The notes under the pieces: model-generated | What the model was told of the DNA's origin: nothing | The model's input: only the letters and a program-made list of their open reading frames with translations | Databases searched by the model: none | NCBI GenBank assembly: GCA_025464585.1 | Contig: JAODGL010000092.1 | Location: 1 to 46,927, forward strand | Reading direction: 5' to 3' | Length of the DNA: 46,927 nucleotides | Source: Methanosarcinales archaeon | GTDB taxonomy: Archaea > Halobacteriota > Syntropharchaeia > Alkanophagales > Methanospirareceae | Translations under genes and position numbers: made by a program | Part shown: positions 18,633-27,811 of the stretch, in pieces | Layout: every line of letters starts with the position of its first letter | Numbering within the stretch: position 1 is the first letter of the stretch

Positions 18633-19091
18633 TCACATAAATTTAAGCTCTATACCTGCCCTCTTCAAATATTCCAACCCTTCCTTATCGCTGTAATCCC
18701 CGGACATCACCACTCTTTTTATCCCTGCATTTATTATCAGCTTTGCGCATATCTTGCAAGGGTATGCGTTCACGTACAGCGTAGCACCTTCAGCATCTCT
18801 ACCCGCCTGTAACAGTGCATTTTGCTCTGCGTGGACACCCACACACTCCTCATGCCTTTCTCCTGATGCGATATTCAATTTATCTCGCCGACATCCAACG
18901 TCAAGGCAATGAGGGAATCCTCTCGGTGCACCGTTATATCCGGTTGATATTATCACCTTATTTTTAACCACCAGGGCACCTATTTGCCTTCTCAGGCATG
19001 TTGAACGTTCCGCCACGTCGCGTACTATATTCATCCAGTATTCGTCCCAGGGTATTCTCTTCGTTTTCTCCTTCTCTTCGCTTGGGTTCAT
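18633..19091 (-). CDS. Deoxycytidylate (dCMP) deaminase, ComEB-type
   Basis: 152 aa. Zinc motifs HAEQNA and PCKICAKLIINAGIKRV. N-terminal WDEYWM typical of dCMP deaminases. Confidence 0.9.
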   Translation of the reverse strand: MNPSEEKEKTKRIPWDEYWMNIVRDVAERSTCLRRQIGALVVKNKVIISTGYNGAPRGFPHCLDVGCRRDKLNIASGERHEECVGVHAEQNALLQAGRDAEGATLYVNAYPCKICAKLIINAGIKRVVMSGDYSDKEGLEYLKRAGIELKFM

Positions 19092-19144
19092 TTACGCGTT
19101 TCCAATGTAATAAAAAGTTTTATGATTATGAATGACTTGATATC

Positions 19145-19720
19145 ATGTCACGAGAAGAAGAGATGGAAAAACTGGAAGAAGAGATAAAAGAATGTCGGCG
19201 TTGCGAATTATGGCAAACGAGGACCAATCCTGTTGCTGGCGAAGGCTCGTTATCCGCGAAAGTAATGTTCATAGGCGAAGCCCCGGGTTACTACGAAGAT
19301 TTAAAAGGCAGACCATTTGTGGGTAAAGCGGGAAAGATACTTGATGAATTGTTGTGGTCAGTAGGGTTAGAGAGAAGTGAGGTTTATATAGCCAATGTGC
19401 TAAAATGCCGACCACCGGGGAATAGAAATCCAACAACCACAGAGATAAAAGCATGTACTCCTTACCTGGATGCACAAATAGAAATCATTGAACCCGGAGT
19501 TATCGCTACACTTGGGAACTTTTCGTTGGGTTATATCTTCGATAAATTCTGTATAAAGAAGGATAAAATAAGTAGAATACATGGTAAAGTCTTTAAGGTA
19601 GGCACGATTGTGGGTATTAAAAATGTGGTCGCTTTGTATCATCCGGCAGTTGCCACCTACAATCCGGGGATGAAAGAGGTATTGGTTAAGGATTTTAAGG
19701 CGCTGGCGAATTGCTTTTAA
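19145..19720 (+). CDS. udg: Uracil-DNA glycosylase, family 4 (Fe-S type)
   Basis: 191 aa. CRRCEL..., GEAPGYYED motif A, CRPPGNR, C..YL, LYHPA motif B. Confidence 0.9.
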   Translation: MSREEEMEKLEEEIKECRRCELWQTRTNPVAGEGSLSAKVMFIGEAPGYYEDLKGRPFVGKAGKILDELLWSVGLERSEVYIANVLKCRPPGNRNPTTTEIKACTPYLDAQIEIIEPGVIATLGNFSLGYIFDKFCIKKDKISRIHGKVFKVGTIVGIKNVVALYHPAVATYNPGMKEVLVKDFKALANCF

Positions 19721-19734
19721 ATTTTAAATTCAAA

Positions 19735-20508
19735 TTAAACAATCTGTTTCACTATCCTTCTCACAGCAGCAACAGAGGGTGCATCGTCGGGTAAATTCAC
19801 AATTGGGATGCCTTTTAAGTCATATTCCGGGATTAACGGATCAAAAGGTACTATTTCCTCTATTTCAAGGTCATGTTTCTTCGCTTCTTCTATTATCAGC
19901 TCCTCACTGCCCTCCGGTATCTTATTCGCTACATTCATCATCTTCTTCACGTCAGCATCTATCTCCTCTGCAACCTTTCTTAGCCGCAATGCTGTTTTCA
20001 TGCTCTTCACTGTTGTATCCAGCACCACAAGCATGACATCCACGTCCCTCGTGGTTCTTCTGCTGAGATGCTCCAGACCTGCTTCGCAATCTATCACCGT
20101 GTAATCGTAGTTCTTGGTCAACGTATCGAGGATCATTCTTATTATATGATTTACCGGGCAGTAGCAACCCGGTCCCTCAGGGCGCCCCATAACCAGCAGG
20201 TCATACTGGTCCTCCTCCACTATTATCTCAGCTATTTTACCCTCAAATTCTGACCTCACGTCTAATGTCACGTCCCGATGCTTGTCTTCCAGCAAACTCT
20301 CTCTTATATCGCCTGTGGTCTTATCATAGGATATACCGAGTGCATCAGGCAAATTTGAATCCGCGTCTGCATCTATGGCTAAAATGCAGATGTCGTCTTG
20401 GGCTTTATACTTCAGTATTTCCCTGATTAACAGAGCTGCGATAGCTGTTTTCCCGGTACCACCTTTGCCAGATACGCTTACTACTTTGCCCTTTCTCATA
20501 AGATTCAC
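19735..20508 (-). CDS. cooC: CooC/AcsF-type nickel-insertion ATPase (MinD/ParA family) for CO dehydrogenase/acetyl-CoA synthase maturation
   Basis: 257 aa. Deviant Walker A SGKGGTGKT and the CooC-specific GCYCPVNH (CxC nickel site). Confidence 0.8.
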   Translation of the reverse strand: MNLMRKGKVVSVSGKGGTGKTAIAALLIREILKYKAQDDICILAIDADADSNLPDALGISYDKTTGDIRESLLEDKHRDVTLDVRSEFEGKIAEIIVEEDQYDLLVMGRPEGPGCYCPVNHIIRMILDTLTKNYDYTVIDCEAGLEHLSRRTTRDVDVMLVVLDTTVKSMKTALRLRKVAEEIDADVKKMMNVANKIPEGSEELIIEEAKKHDLEIEEIVPFDPLIPEYDLKGIPIVNLPDDAPSVAAVRRIVKQIV

Positions 20509-20553
20509 CTTGTTTGGACCAAAATTCAGATAAATAGGGAAAAAATAAATCTT

Positions 20554-20799
20554 TCACCTCTTTGTTAACGCTCCACCCAGAATAGCACCTAAAAATGCAC
20601 CCGCGCCTGCGGCAATCAAAGGTAATGCAAGCGTCAATATTGCATTAGCACGAGCTGCCCTTCTTTTCTTTTCCTCCTCACGAACTCTTCGCAGTCTCTC
20701 TTCTTCAACGTAATCTATGGTTCTTTCTAAACGATTGAAAAACTCCTCTGATGTTATATCTCCAAGTGTAGTATCTCCCCACTTCATCTCTCTTCTCAT
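20554..20799 (-). CDS. Small tail-anchored membrane protein, unknown function
   Basis: 81 aa. Charged helical N-part (EEERLRRVREEEKKRRAARA) followed by a Gly/Ala-rich TM (ILTLALPLIAAGAGAFLGAILGG). Lies 45 nt upstream of cooC on the same strand. No homology recognised. Confidence 0.35.
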   Translation of the reverse strand: MRREMKWGDTTLGDITSEEFFNRLERTIDYVEEERLRRVREEEKKRRAARANAILTLALPLIAAGAGAFLGAILGGALTKR

Positions 20800-20999
20800 T
20801 AATATACTTACCTCTTACTTCTATATAACTTTTTCATCTGCTTATTTGCGTCATATGCGTGACACTTCTGAATTTGCAGTTGAAGGTATCAGGCAATGGT
20901 GGAAAGTATCGGGAAAAAAGTACCAGATAAGCCCAGAAGCAGCATGCAGAGATATATGACCACAGAGAAGGGGAAAAAAAATGATGGAGGAGGCAGGGT

Positions 21000-21665
21000 A
21001 TGGGGGTTGAGATTATAAAGCAGGCTGGGTATACAGAATTCCTCAACGAACTGAAAGAGCGCATCCGAATCGCCCAGACTAAAGCGGTTTTGAGCGTAAA
21101 TAGGGAATTAATTTCTCTTTACTGGGATATCGGTAAACGTATAGTTGTGAAACAGAAGGAGATGGGCTGGGGCAAGGGTGTAGTTGAGCAGTTAGCCACA
21201 GACCTGCGGCGAGAGTTTCCGGATGTAAAGGGGTTCTCGGCCAGGAACCTGTAGGATATGCGACGCTTTTACCTATCCTACAAAGACCATCCAAATCTGC
21301 GACAGGCTGTCGCAGAAATTCCATGGGGGCATAATCTTGCCATCATAAATAAGGTAAAAGACCAGTCTCAAAGGGAATGGTATATTCACCAAACAGTAGA
21401 AAATGGTTGGTCGAGGAACATCCTTATCCATCAGATAGAAAGCGACCTTTATGGGAGGCAGGCATCTGCACTCAAAACCACCAATTTCCCAGAGACGCTC
21501 CCATCTCCACAATCTGAACTGGTGGAACAGGCTATCAAAGATCCATACATTTTTGATTTTATCATGATCGAAAAAGATGCAAAGGAGCGGGAACTGGAAA
21601 AGGCGTTGACAGAAAAAACAATTCCAATTATATCCCATGCTTTTTGTTCATTGTTACAAACTTAA
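21000..21665 (+). pseudogene. DUF1016 / YhcG-family (PDDEXK nuclease) gene, interrupted by an in-frame TAG and 3'-truncated
   Basis: The two track ORFs (21000-21254 and 21258-21665) are one reading frame split by TAG at 21252-21254 (..GFSARNL*DMRRFYLSY..). N-terminal family motifs are present (NRELISLYWDIGKRIV, PWGHNLAIINKV, REWYIHQTVENGWSRNIL, PYIFDF). The sequence diverges after ELEKAL, so the C-terminal nuclease core is missing. Confidence 0.75.
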
Positions 21666-21927
21666 GCTGTGGATATTCTTTTTTGAAATAATAAATACCG
21701 AAAAGGTTTTTATATGCTTTGACTATTATATCTTTGAGGTGAGTGACGCAGAAATCCTTCTTCGCTGCGTCATGAGGGAGGCATAGATAGAGACTGCGTG
21801 CATAGATTTTCAGCGGAGATGGTCAGGGCTTCGACCGCCCCGTTTTTAGCAGCGGGTTTAATTCCCGCAAGAGCGGCGGCTCTTTTTCGCACTATGAGAG
21901 GAAGCAGAAAGTAAATAGGAGGCATAA

Positions 21928-22374
21928 ATGATGAATGATGCTGCCCAAAAATATTTGGAGGAAATATTGCAGAAAGTTCAACAAGGAAATGTGGTATTTT
22001 TTCTCGGAGCCGGCGCTTCTCATGCTGCAGGAGGACCAACTGGGAAAAAACTCACCGAGATGATAAAAGAGAGATTCCCTAAAATTAATTGGGCATCCAT
22101 TTTTACCACAAACTTTGATGACCTCATAGAACTTGCTTATCGTATATCTCCTCATGTATTTAAAATAATGGGCTCTATGACTGCCCTAGAGGGCGAAACT
22201 GGTTCTATGGTGCTATCTCGAGCCGATTACCATCAGTCACTTATAAGGCGCAGAAAATATTTAGAATTACTCTCCGATTTTATCAAAACGGGAACCATGA
22301 TTTTTGTTGGGTATAGTTTCCGAGACCGCTCATCATCGAATTATCGCAGAAAAAACAGTACAGTTTTTCTTTAG
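21928..22374 (+). pseudogene. SIR2-like (SIR2_2-type) domain remnant
   Basis: 148 aa carrying compressed family motifs: VVFFLGAGASHAAGGPTG, IFTTNFDDLIELAY, KIMGS, LSRADY, IFVGYSFRD. The spacers between motifs are much shorter than in intact proteins, and the ORF stops right after the last motif with no effector or C-terminal domain. Confidence 0.55.
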
Positions 22375-22508
22375 AGATCCTGAAATGCAGAAGAATAATT
22401 TCCTAGAAATTTTTTAAGAGGCAAATTCAATGTTAATGGGCAGATTAAATTGATGGAAAAGACAGAAACAATCATACTATTAAATGATTCATAAAGATAC
22501 AGCCGATT

Positions 22509-22526
22509 TAAAAAAGAAAATAAAAG
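22509..22526 (-). terminator. Oligo-T tract downstream of hdrA (minus strand reads GGGCTTTTATTTTCTTTTTT)
   Basis: T-rich run beginning about 17 nt after the hdrA stop (22543-22545), consistent with archaeal oligo-T termination signals. Confidence 0.4.
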
Positions 22527-22542
22527 CCCAGTGGACTGCGTA

Positions 22543-25260
22543 TCACACCGCAAAATCCAACTGAGCATACACCTGTCGGTCCTTAAAGCACCGCAACGAC
22601 ATCGCACCCGAAGGGCAATAAGAAGCGCAGCTTCCACAACCTATGCAGCCATCACCGACCTTCGCAACCTTCTTCGTCCCCCCTACCACCGTCGCCACAC
22701 CGAAAGTAACCACCGGGACCGGTTCCTCCGTCAGCTCTATCGCCTCAACCGGACACATATCCACACACACGCCGCACCCTGAACATATTAGCTCATCCAC
22801 CACTGAAGTCACCGCAGGTGTTTCGAGGAAATCCTTCGCCAGCAGCACGCACGCCCTCGACGCCGCTGCACTGCTCATCGCTAAGCACTCGTCTATCATT
22901 GCGGGATAAACCGCAGAACCACAGATGAACACGCCCTCATTCACCGTGTCAACCGGTGTTAATACCATCTTCGGGCGCTCCTGCTCCTCCATAAAGAATC
23001 CATTTTTCAAAGGAATCATAAACATCCTGCTCAGTCGCTCGTTCTCCTCCGCAGGCATTGTCGGTGTGCTGAGCACCACCAAATCCGGCTTTATCTGTAT
23101 CTCATCGTTGAATATCACGTCATAGACCGAAACAATCCCGGCTTCGTATTTCGGCGGCTTATCCTTATCGTATCTGAGGAATATCACGCCTTTTTCCCTC
23201 GCTTCTTTATACAGCACTTCCCACTTTCCGTATGTTTTTATGTCCTGATACAGCACGAATACATTCGCATCCTGGTTCTTCTCTTTCGCTCTTAACGCAC
23301 CATCCACCACTTCAATCCCGCTGTACTTTGCATCTACCCCTTCCCCGGGTACATCTTGAATCAGCACGATTGTATTGGCATCCACTTTACCTGTTAGCAT
23401 GCGTCCAAATTCGCTCACCGTTACCACGTTCTTCTCTTTTCCATATCCATAGTATCCTTCATCAGGCACGAATTCCCTTGCTCCCGTTGCGATTACACAG
23501 GCGCCAAATTCTATCTCTTCATCCACTCCTTCTCCGGTTATCCTCGCTTTGAATGACCCCGCCCTTCCACGAATATCCTCTTCCTTTGCATTCGTGTACA
23601 CTTTTATTCGCTCGTTACTCGTTACTTTCTCAACAAACTCATTCAAAACGTCTGCCGCCTGCTCTCCACTTTGTAACTCCGGGATTGCTCTCAAACCACC
23701 GCCCAGCTCAGGTTCTTTCTCCACTAAATATACTTCATACCCCGCATCTGCAATCCCAAGCGCAGCATTCATCCCGGATACACCGCCGCCGATGACCAGT
23801 GCCTTCGGTATCACCGGATATCTCTCAACAGATATCTCTTCGAGATACTTCGCGCGTTCTACCGCCATTCTTAGCATATCCACCGCGGCTTCTGTTGCTC
23901 TTTTCGGCTCGTTCACCCACGCACATTGTTCGCGCAGATTCACGAACTCAAGTAAATAAGGGTTTAAACCTGCCCTCGCGCATGCATCCCTGACCATATC
24001 TTCATACTCTCGCGGTGAACATCCTGCAAATACTATCCTGTTCAAACCCTGGTCCACTATTCCACTTTCCAGCGCTTCCACCGCCTCTTTCATCGTGTTC
24101 GTCTCGCTGTTCACAAAAACGACTTCTTTCAGTTCTTTCACTTGCTCCGCAACCGCAGGTATATCCATCGCTTTCGATACTTCGCCATCACAGCCACAGA
24201 TAAAAATGCCTATCTTTGGCTCTTCACCCACTTCAATAAATTTATACTCCGCCTGCCCGGGAATTGGTTCCGTGCGCTGTGAAAGCCCAGCAGCCTTTAA
24301 TGCTGCACCACTCGCCTGTGCAACGCTCTCCCTTACCTTCATCGGTGCCGTTGCCGTTCCAGAAGCGAAAATCCCCGGAACACTCGTTTCCAGTGGGTTC
24401 GTGATGCTCGTCTCGATATATCCATATTTATCGGTTTTCACGCCCGTTATCTCTGCAAGCTTGCTTAACGTTTTCGATGGCAGCAAACCCATTGCGAGAA
24501 CCACCATATCAAGGTCTAATTGTTCTATCGTGCCTTTCTCAAGGTTCTCATACTTAACCGTCAGGGCTCCTTCTTCCGGAATCACCTCTGGAACTCGTGA
24601 CCTTATATATTTTACACCGTATTTGTCCTTTAACTCCGCCACCAATTCTTCATCTTTCCCAAATACCCTTATATCCATGTAGAAGATGTAAACCTCCGTG
24701 TCAGGGAATCTCTCTTTCACTACCCACGCCTCTTTCGCCGTGTAAGCACAGCACGCCGTAGAGCATATCTCGTTCTCCTGGCATCTTGACCCAACGCACT
24801 GGATGAATCCAATCCTTTTCACTCGCTTTCCATCCGATGGTCTTAGCAGTTCCCCTGTCTCACTCGCAGTAGCAGCCCTGAGAATGCCTTCAAAATCCAA
24901 AGAAGAAACGACATCCGGACTCCCAAATCCATAACTCTTCGCTACTTCGGGAATATCGTAACCTGGCGCTAACACCACGCTCTCCACTTCTACTTCCTTA
25001 CCCGAGGACACTTTCAGCTTGAAATTACCGGCTGAGCCTGATAAACCCTCTAACTCGCTTGACAGCATCAGTTCTATGTTTGGATGATTCTTCACCTTAA
25101 CCACGTATGGCGATAGCCCGGTCCTGCATTCTGCAAGCTCCGCCATCTTTCCTCCCAGCTCTGCGTTCTTCTCTATCAAATGTACTTTATAACCCGAATC
25201 TGCAAGGTCAAGAGCTGCTGTAATGCCTGCAACTCCTCCTCCAACAACTGCTATTCCCAT
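22543..25260 (-). CDS. hdrA: Heterodisulfide reductase subunit A, atypical tandem (two FAD/TrxR-like modules in one 905-aa chain)
   Basis: Module 1 (residues 1-325): VVGGGVAGITAALDLA, QCVGSRCQENEICSTACCAY, YMDIRVFGK, VAQASGAA. HdrA N-domain-like segment (345-475): KIGIFICGCDG, NRIVFAGCSP, NLREQCAWV. Module 2 (485-810): LVIGGGVSGMNAALGIA, but no CVGSR..CC cluster motif. C-terminal 2x[4Fe-4S] ferredoxin: CSGCGVCVDMCP, CIGCGSCASYCP. Confidence 0.9.
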   Translation of the reverse strand: MGIAVVGGGVAGITAALDLADSGYKVHLIEKNAELGGKMAELAECRTGLSPYVVKVKNHPNIELMLSSELEGLSGSAGNFKLKVSSGKEVEVESVVLAPGYDIPEVAKSYGFGSPDVVSSLDFEGILRAATASETGELLRPSDGKRVKRIGFIQCVGSRCQENEICSTACCAYTAKEAWVVKERFPDTEVYIFYMDIRVFGKDEELVAELKDKYGVKYIRSRVPEVIPEEGALTVKYENLEKGTIEQLDLDMVVLAMGLLPSKTLSKLAEITGVKTDKYGYIETSITNPLETSVPGIFASGTATAPMKVRESVAQASGAALKAAGLSQRTEPIPGQAEYKFIEVGEEPKIGIFICGCDGEVSKAMDIPAVAEQVKELKEVVFVNSETNTMKEAVEALESGIVDQGLNRIVFAGCSPREYEDMVRDACARAGLNPYLLEFVNLREQCAWVNEPKRATEAAVDMLRMAVERAKYLEEISVERYPVIPKALVIGGGVSGMNAALGIADAGYEVYLVEKEPELGGGLRAIPELQSGEQAADVLNEFVEKVTSNERIKVYTNAKEEDIRGRAGSFKARITGEGVDEEIEFGACVIATGAREFVPDEGYYGYGKEKNVVTVSEFGRMLTGKVDANTIVLIQDVPGEGVDAKYSGIEVVDGALRAKEKNQDANVFVLYQDIKTYGKWEVLYKEAREKGVIFLRYDKDKPPKYEAGIVSVYDVIFNDEIQIKPDLVVLSTPTMPAEENERLSRMFMIPLKNGFFMEEQERPKMVLTPVDTVNEGVFICGSAVYPAMIDECLAMSSAAASRACVLLAKDFLETPAVTSVVDELICSGCGVCVDMCPVEAIELTEEPVPVVTFGVATVVGGTKKVAKVGDGCIGCGSCASYCPSGAMSLRCFKDRQVYAQLDFAV

Positions 25261-25263
25261 TTC

Positions 25264-26139
25264 TCACACCACCTTCCCAACTATTTCTTTCGTATCTACG
25301 GCAGCTTTATCCAAACCGAGCTTTTTCGAGTCTATTCCCAGCGCGAGACCCAACAACTGCGTGATATAAATAACCGGCATGCCTATCTTGATATTTAATG
25401 CTTTTTCTATATCTGGCTGCTTCGCATCCAGCATCATGCCACACAGTGGACAGGCGAGTACAATACAATCTGCACCTGCACGTTTCGCCGCTTCCAATAC
25501 ATTCTTCGCCATCTCAAATGCTATGTCCGCTCTCGTCATCATCAGCGGACCGCCACAGCACTTTGTCTTCATGTAGCTAAAATCCACACATTCTCCACCT
25601 ATCAGCTCTATCAACTGGTCCATCAAAATCGGGTCGTCAGGGTCATCAAAAGCTGTTACCGGCGGTCTTCCTAGATAGCAGCCATAATACGGCGCTACTT
25701 TTACGTTCACTTTCTTCTCTATTTTTCTCTTCAATTCCTCCATTCCTATTTCATTTACGAACACATCCAGTACATGTCTTGCCTTTATCCCACCTTTATA
25801 GTCCAGCGAGCCATCTATGTCACGCATCTTTGCACGTAAACTCTCATCATTCTTTAGTGCTATGTTGCTCCTCTCTAAATTGTAATAACATATACTGCAC
25901 GGCGTTACGATGTCCAGACCCTCTTTCTCGGCAATCGCAAGATTTCTCGCATTTAACGCGTAAACCAGTATTGGATTCTCGGCTTCCGCAGCACCGCAAC
26001 AGTTCCAGTCTTCCACTTCCGCCAGTTCAATCCCTAATTTCTCGAACACTGCCCTTGTTGACATATCCTGATCCACTGCGGTACCAGCCGAAGGACAGCC
26101 AGGATAGTATGCCAATTTTTTCCCGTTCATTTCAATCAC
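25264..26139 (-). CDS. hdrB: Heterodisulfide reductase subunit B (two CCG domains)
   Basis: 291 aa. AYYPGC..., NCCGA and KCCGGP CCG-domain motifs, ACPLCG. Confidence 0.92.
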   Translation of the reverse strand: MIEMNGKKLAYYPGCPSAGTAVDQDMSTRAVFEKLGIELAEVEDWNCCGAAEAENPILVYALNARNLAIAEKEGLDIVTPCSICYYNLERSNIALKNDESLRAKMRDIDGSLDYKGGIKARHVLDVFVNEIGMEELKRKIEKKVNVKVAPYYGCYLGRPPVTAFDDPDDPILMDQLIELIGGECVDFSYMKTKCCGGPLMMTRADIAFEMAKNVLEAAKRAGADCIVLACPLCGMMLDAKQPDIEKALNIKIGMPVIYITQLLGLALGIDSKKLGLDKAAVDTKEIVGKVV

Positions 26140-26728
26140 CTATTTTCTCAAATATCTTCTTCACTTCGTCAGTTCTCTTTATCTTCTCCGGGAACATTGC
26201 TTTCGGTCCCATCTTCCTCTTCTTAAACATCCGCATCCCGAAATCCTTGTAATCTTTCATCATTGCGCGCATACCCTTGATAAAAGACCCTTCCTTCTTC
26301 GGGTAATACTCCTTCGCCAGTCCTATATCATAGAGCCGCCCGTACTTTTCCAACTGATGCAGAAAAGCCTTATCAAAGAGTGGTCTGGGACTCTCTATCT
26401 TCAATTTGCCCGCTTCTTCTTCTTTCTCCGCTATCCGCCTTATCGCACTCAGCACATCGCTAACCACTACATCTTGCGGGCATCGAGCCGTGCACGTTTG
26501 ACAGATAAGACAAACCCACAGGTCCGGATTTGACAATACTTCCTCTCGCATGCCCAATAAACTCATCTGGATAATCTTCCTCGGATTGTAACTCGAAACG
26601 ATTTCCGTGATCGGGCATCCCAACGTACAGGTACTGCACTGGAAACATGCCGCAAGGTGCTCCCCTCCAGGCTCATTCATTATCTCGTTCCTGAAGTTCG
26701 GGTCCAACTCCCATGTTTTTATCGGCAT
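26132..26728 (-). CDS. hdrC: Heterodisulfide reductase subunit C (2x[4Fe-4S])
   Basis: 198 aa. CFQCSTCTLGCP and CLICQTCTARCP. 8-nt overlap with hdrB. Confidence 0.9.
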   Translation of the reverse strand: MPIKTWELDPNFRNEIMNEPGGEHLAACFQCSTCTLGCPITEIVSSYNPRKIIQMSLLGMREEVLSNPDLWVCLICQTCTARCPQDVVVSDVLSAIRRIAEKEEEAGKLKIESPRPLFDKAFLHQLEKYGRLYDIGLAKEYYPKKEGSFIKGMRAMMKDYKDFGMRMFKKRKMGPKAMFPEKIKRTDEVKKIFEKIGD

Positions 26729-26746
26729 TTTATTTTGTTCTTGTAC

Positions 26747-27811
26747 TTACCTTAATTTGTCTTCTAACTCCTCCTCTTCGTAAGTAACGAACGGCAGTGG
26801 CTCTTCAACATCCTTCCCAGGCACGTACTCGAAAATTTCCTGCACCTTCTTCGCAATCACCGGATAAAATCTCGTCAATGGGATGTCCTTCGGACAGGCA
26901 TCCTCGCAGGCACCACACCCAACACATGTCGTGCTGACATGGTAAACGCGCGTGAGATGGTACATTAATTGATTTGTAGGCACCGCTATTGCACCTCTTA
27001 GCTCGGCTAAGTTCAATAAATCACCGCTAACCGGGTTTCCTAAGGGCTGGTCGAAGAAACATTCCTTGCAGTAGCATACCGGACACATATCCCGGCAGTT
27101 CTTGCATACGATGCAATCCCTCAAAAACTCCTCTAACTCTTCCACGCTACTTGCCTTTGGCAATTCCTCCTCCTTCTTTTTCGCATCCGCTGCAATTTTC
27201 TCTTTCTCCTCTTCCCTCTCTATCTCCTTATCTTCCAGCGATAGTTCCAACGCAGACAATGCCTCTACGCCCATATCCGTTATTCCCGCAACCAGCACTT
27301 TCTCGCCGTCCACTCTCGCAATACCGATGTCTCCAACGTCTGCAAACCGGTTGTCACATATCTCGCAAGCTTCTCTTCTCGCAATCCCTTTCCCTTTCAG
27401 TTCCTCTATCTTCGCACTGTCCACCCAGTCGCCTATCTCCCCATAGTGGTCTGCATAATCCTGATTCTTGTACGTACCAGAACAATCCACGCTTATCAGA
27501 AGCACACTCTCCTTGTCCATCTGTTTCAACTTTATCAATTCTACCGCTGCTCTTATCTCACATGGCTTTGCCACAATTCCTATTTTCTCCGGTATCGTCC
27601 ATCCCTTTACGATATTCGCGGCATTCACACCGAATGAAGGAGCAAATATAGCAGGCACTGGCGGTTCTATCCTGTCCTTGTCTGTTGCCATCATATATGC
27701 CACATTATTTCCTACCTTATGTGGCAGAATCAGGCAATCCACAGCTTTCTTATCGAGCAATCCCTTAAATAACCCTTCCAAATCCTCATATTTTAACTCT
27801 GTTCCTTTCAT
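26747..27811 (-). CDS. Iron-sulfur subunit, AsrA / sulfhydrogenase-beta / FlxB-like (alternatively FrhB/FdhB-like)
   Basis: 354 aa. N-terminal domain with IGIVAKPCEIRAAVEL. C-terminal cysteine motifs CIVCKNCRDMCPVCYCKECFFD and CVGCGACEDACPKDIP. ATGA overlap with mvhD. Family assignment made by motif pattern only. Confidence 0.7.
   Translation of the reverse strand: MKGTELKYEDLEGLFKGLLDKKAVDCLILPHKVGNNVAYMMATDKDRIEPPVPAIFAPSFGVNAANIVKGWTIPEKIGIVAKPCEIRAAVELIKLKQMDKESVLLISVDCSGTYKNQDYADHYGEIGDWVDSAKIEELKGKGIARREACEICDNRFADVGDIGIARVDGEKVLVAGITDMGVEALSALELSLEDKEIEREEEKEKIAADAKKKEEELPKASSVEELEEFLRDCIVCKNCRDMCPVCYCKECFFDQPLGNPVSGDLLNLAELRGAIAVPTNQLMYHLTRVYHVSTTCVGCGACEDACPKDIPLTRFYPVIAKKVQEIFEYVPGKDVEEPLPFVTYEEEELEDKLR

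Noticed and set aside
21252-21254. In-frame TAG in the DUF1016 gene as a programmed pyrrolysine codon
   Set aside because: The gene is additionally truncated at its 3' end and sits in a patch of decayed genes. No Pyl machinery or PYLIS-like context is visible in the window. A nonsense mutation is the simpler explanation, and the site is kept only as a low-interest check.
24095-24682. 195-aa plus-strand ORF (and several neighbours, 22643-24203) inside hdrA
   Set aside because: All lie antisense to hdrA and are S/T/P-rich low-complexity translations. hdrA motifs fully explain the region.
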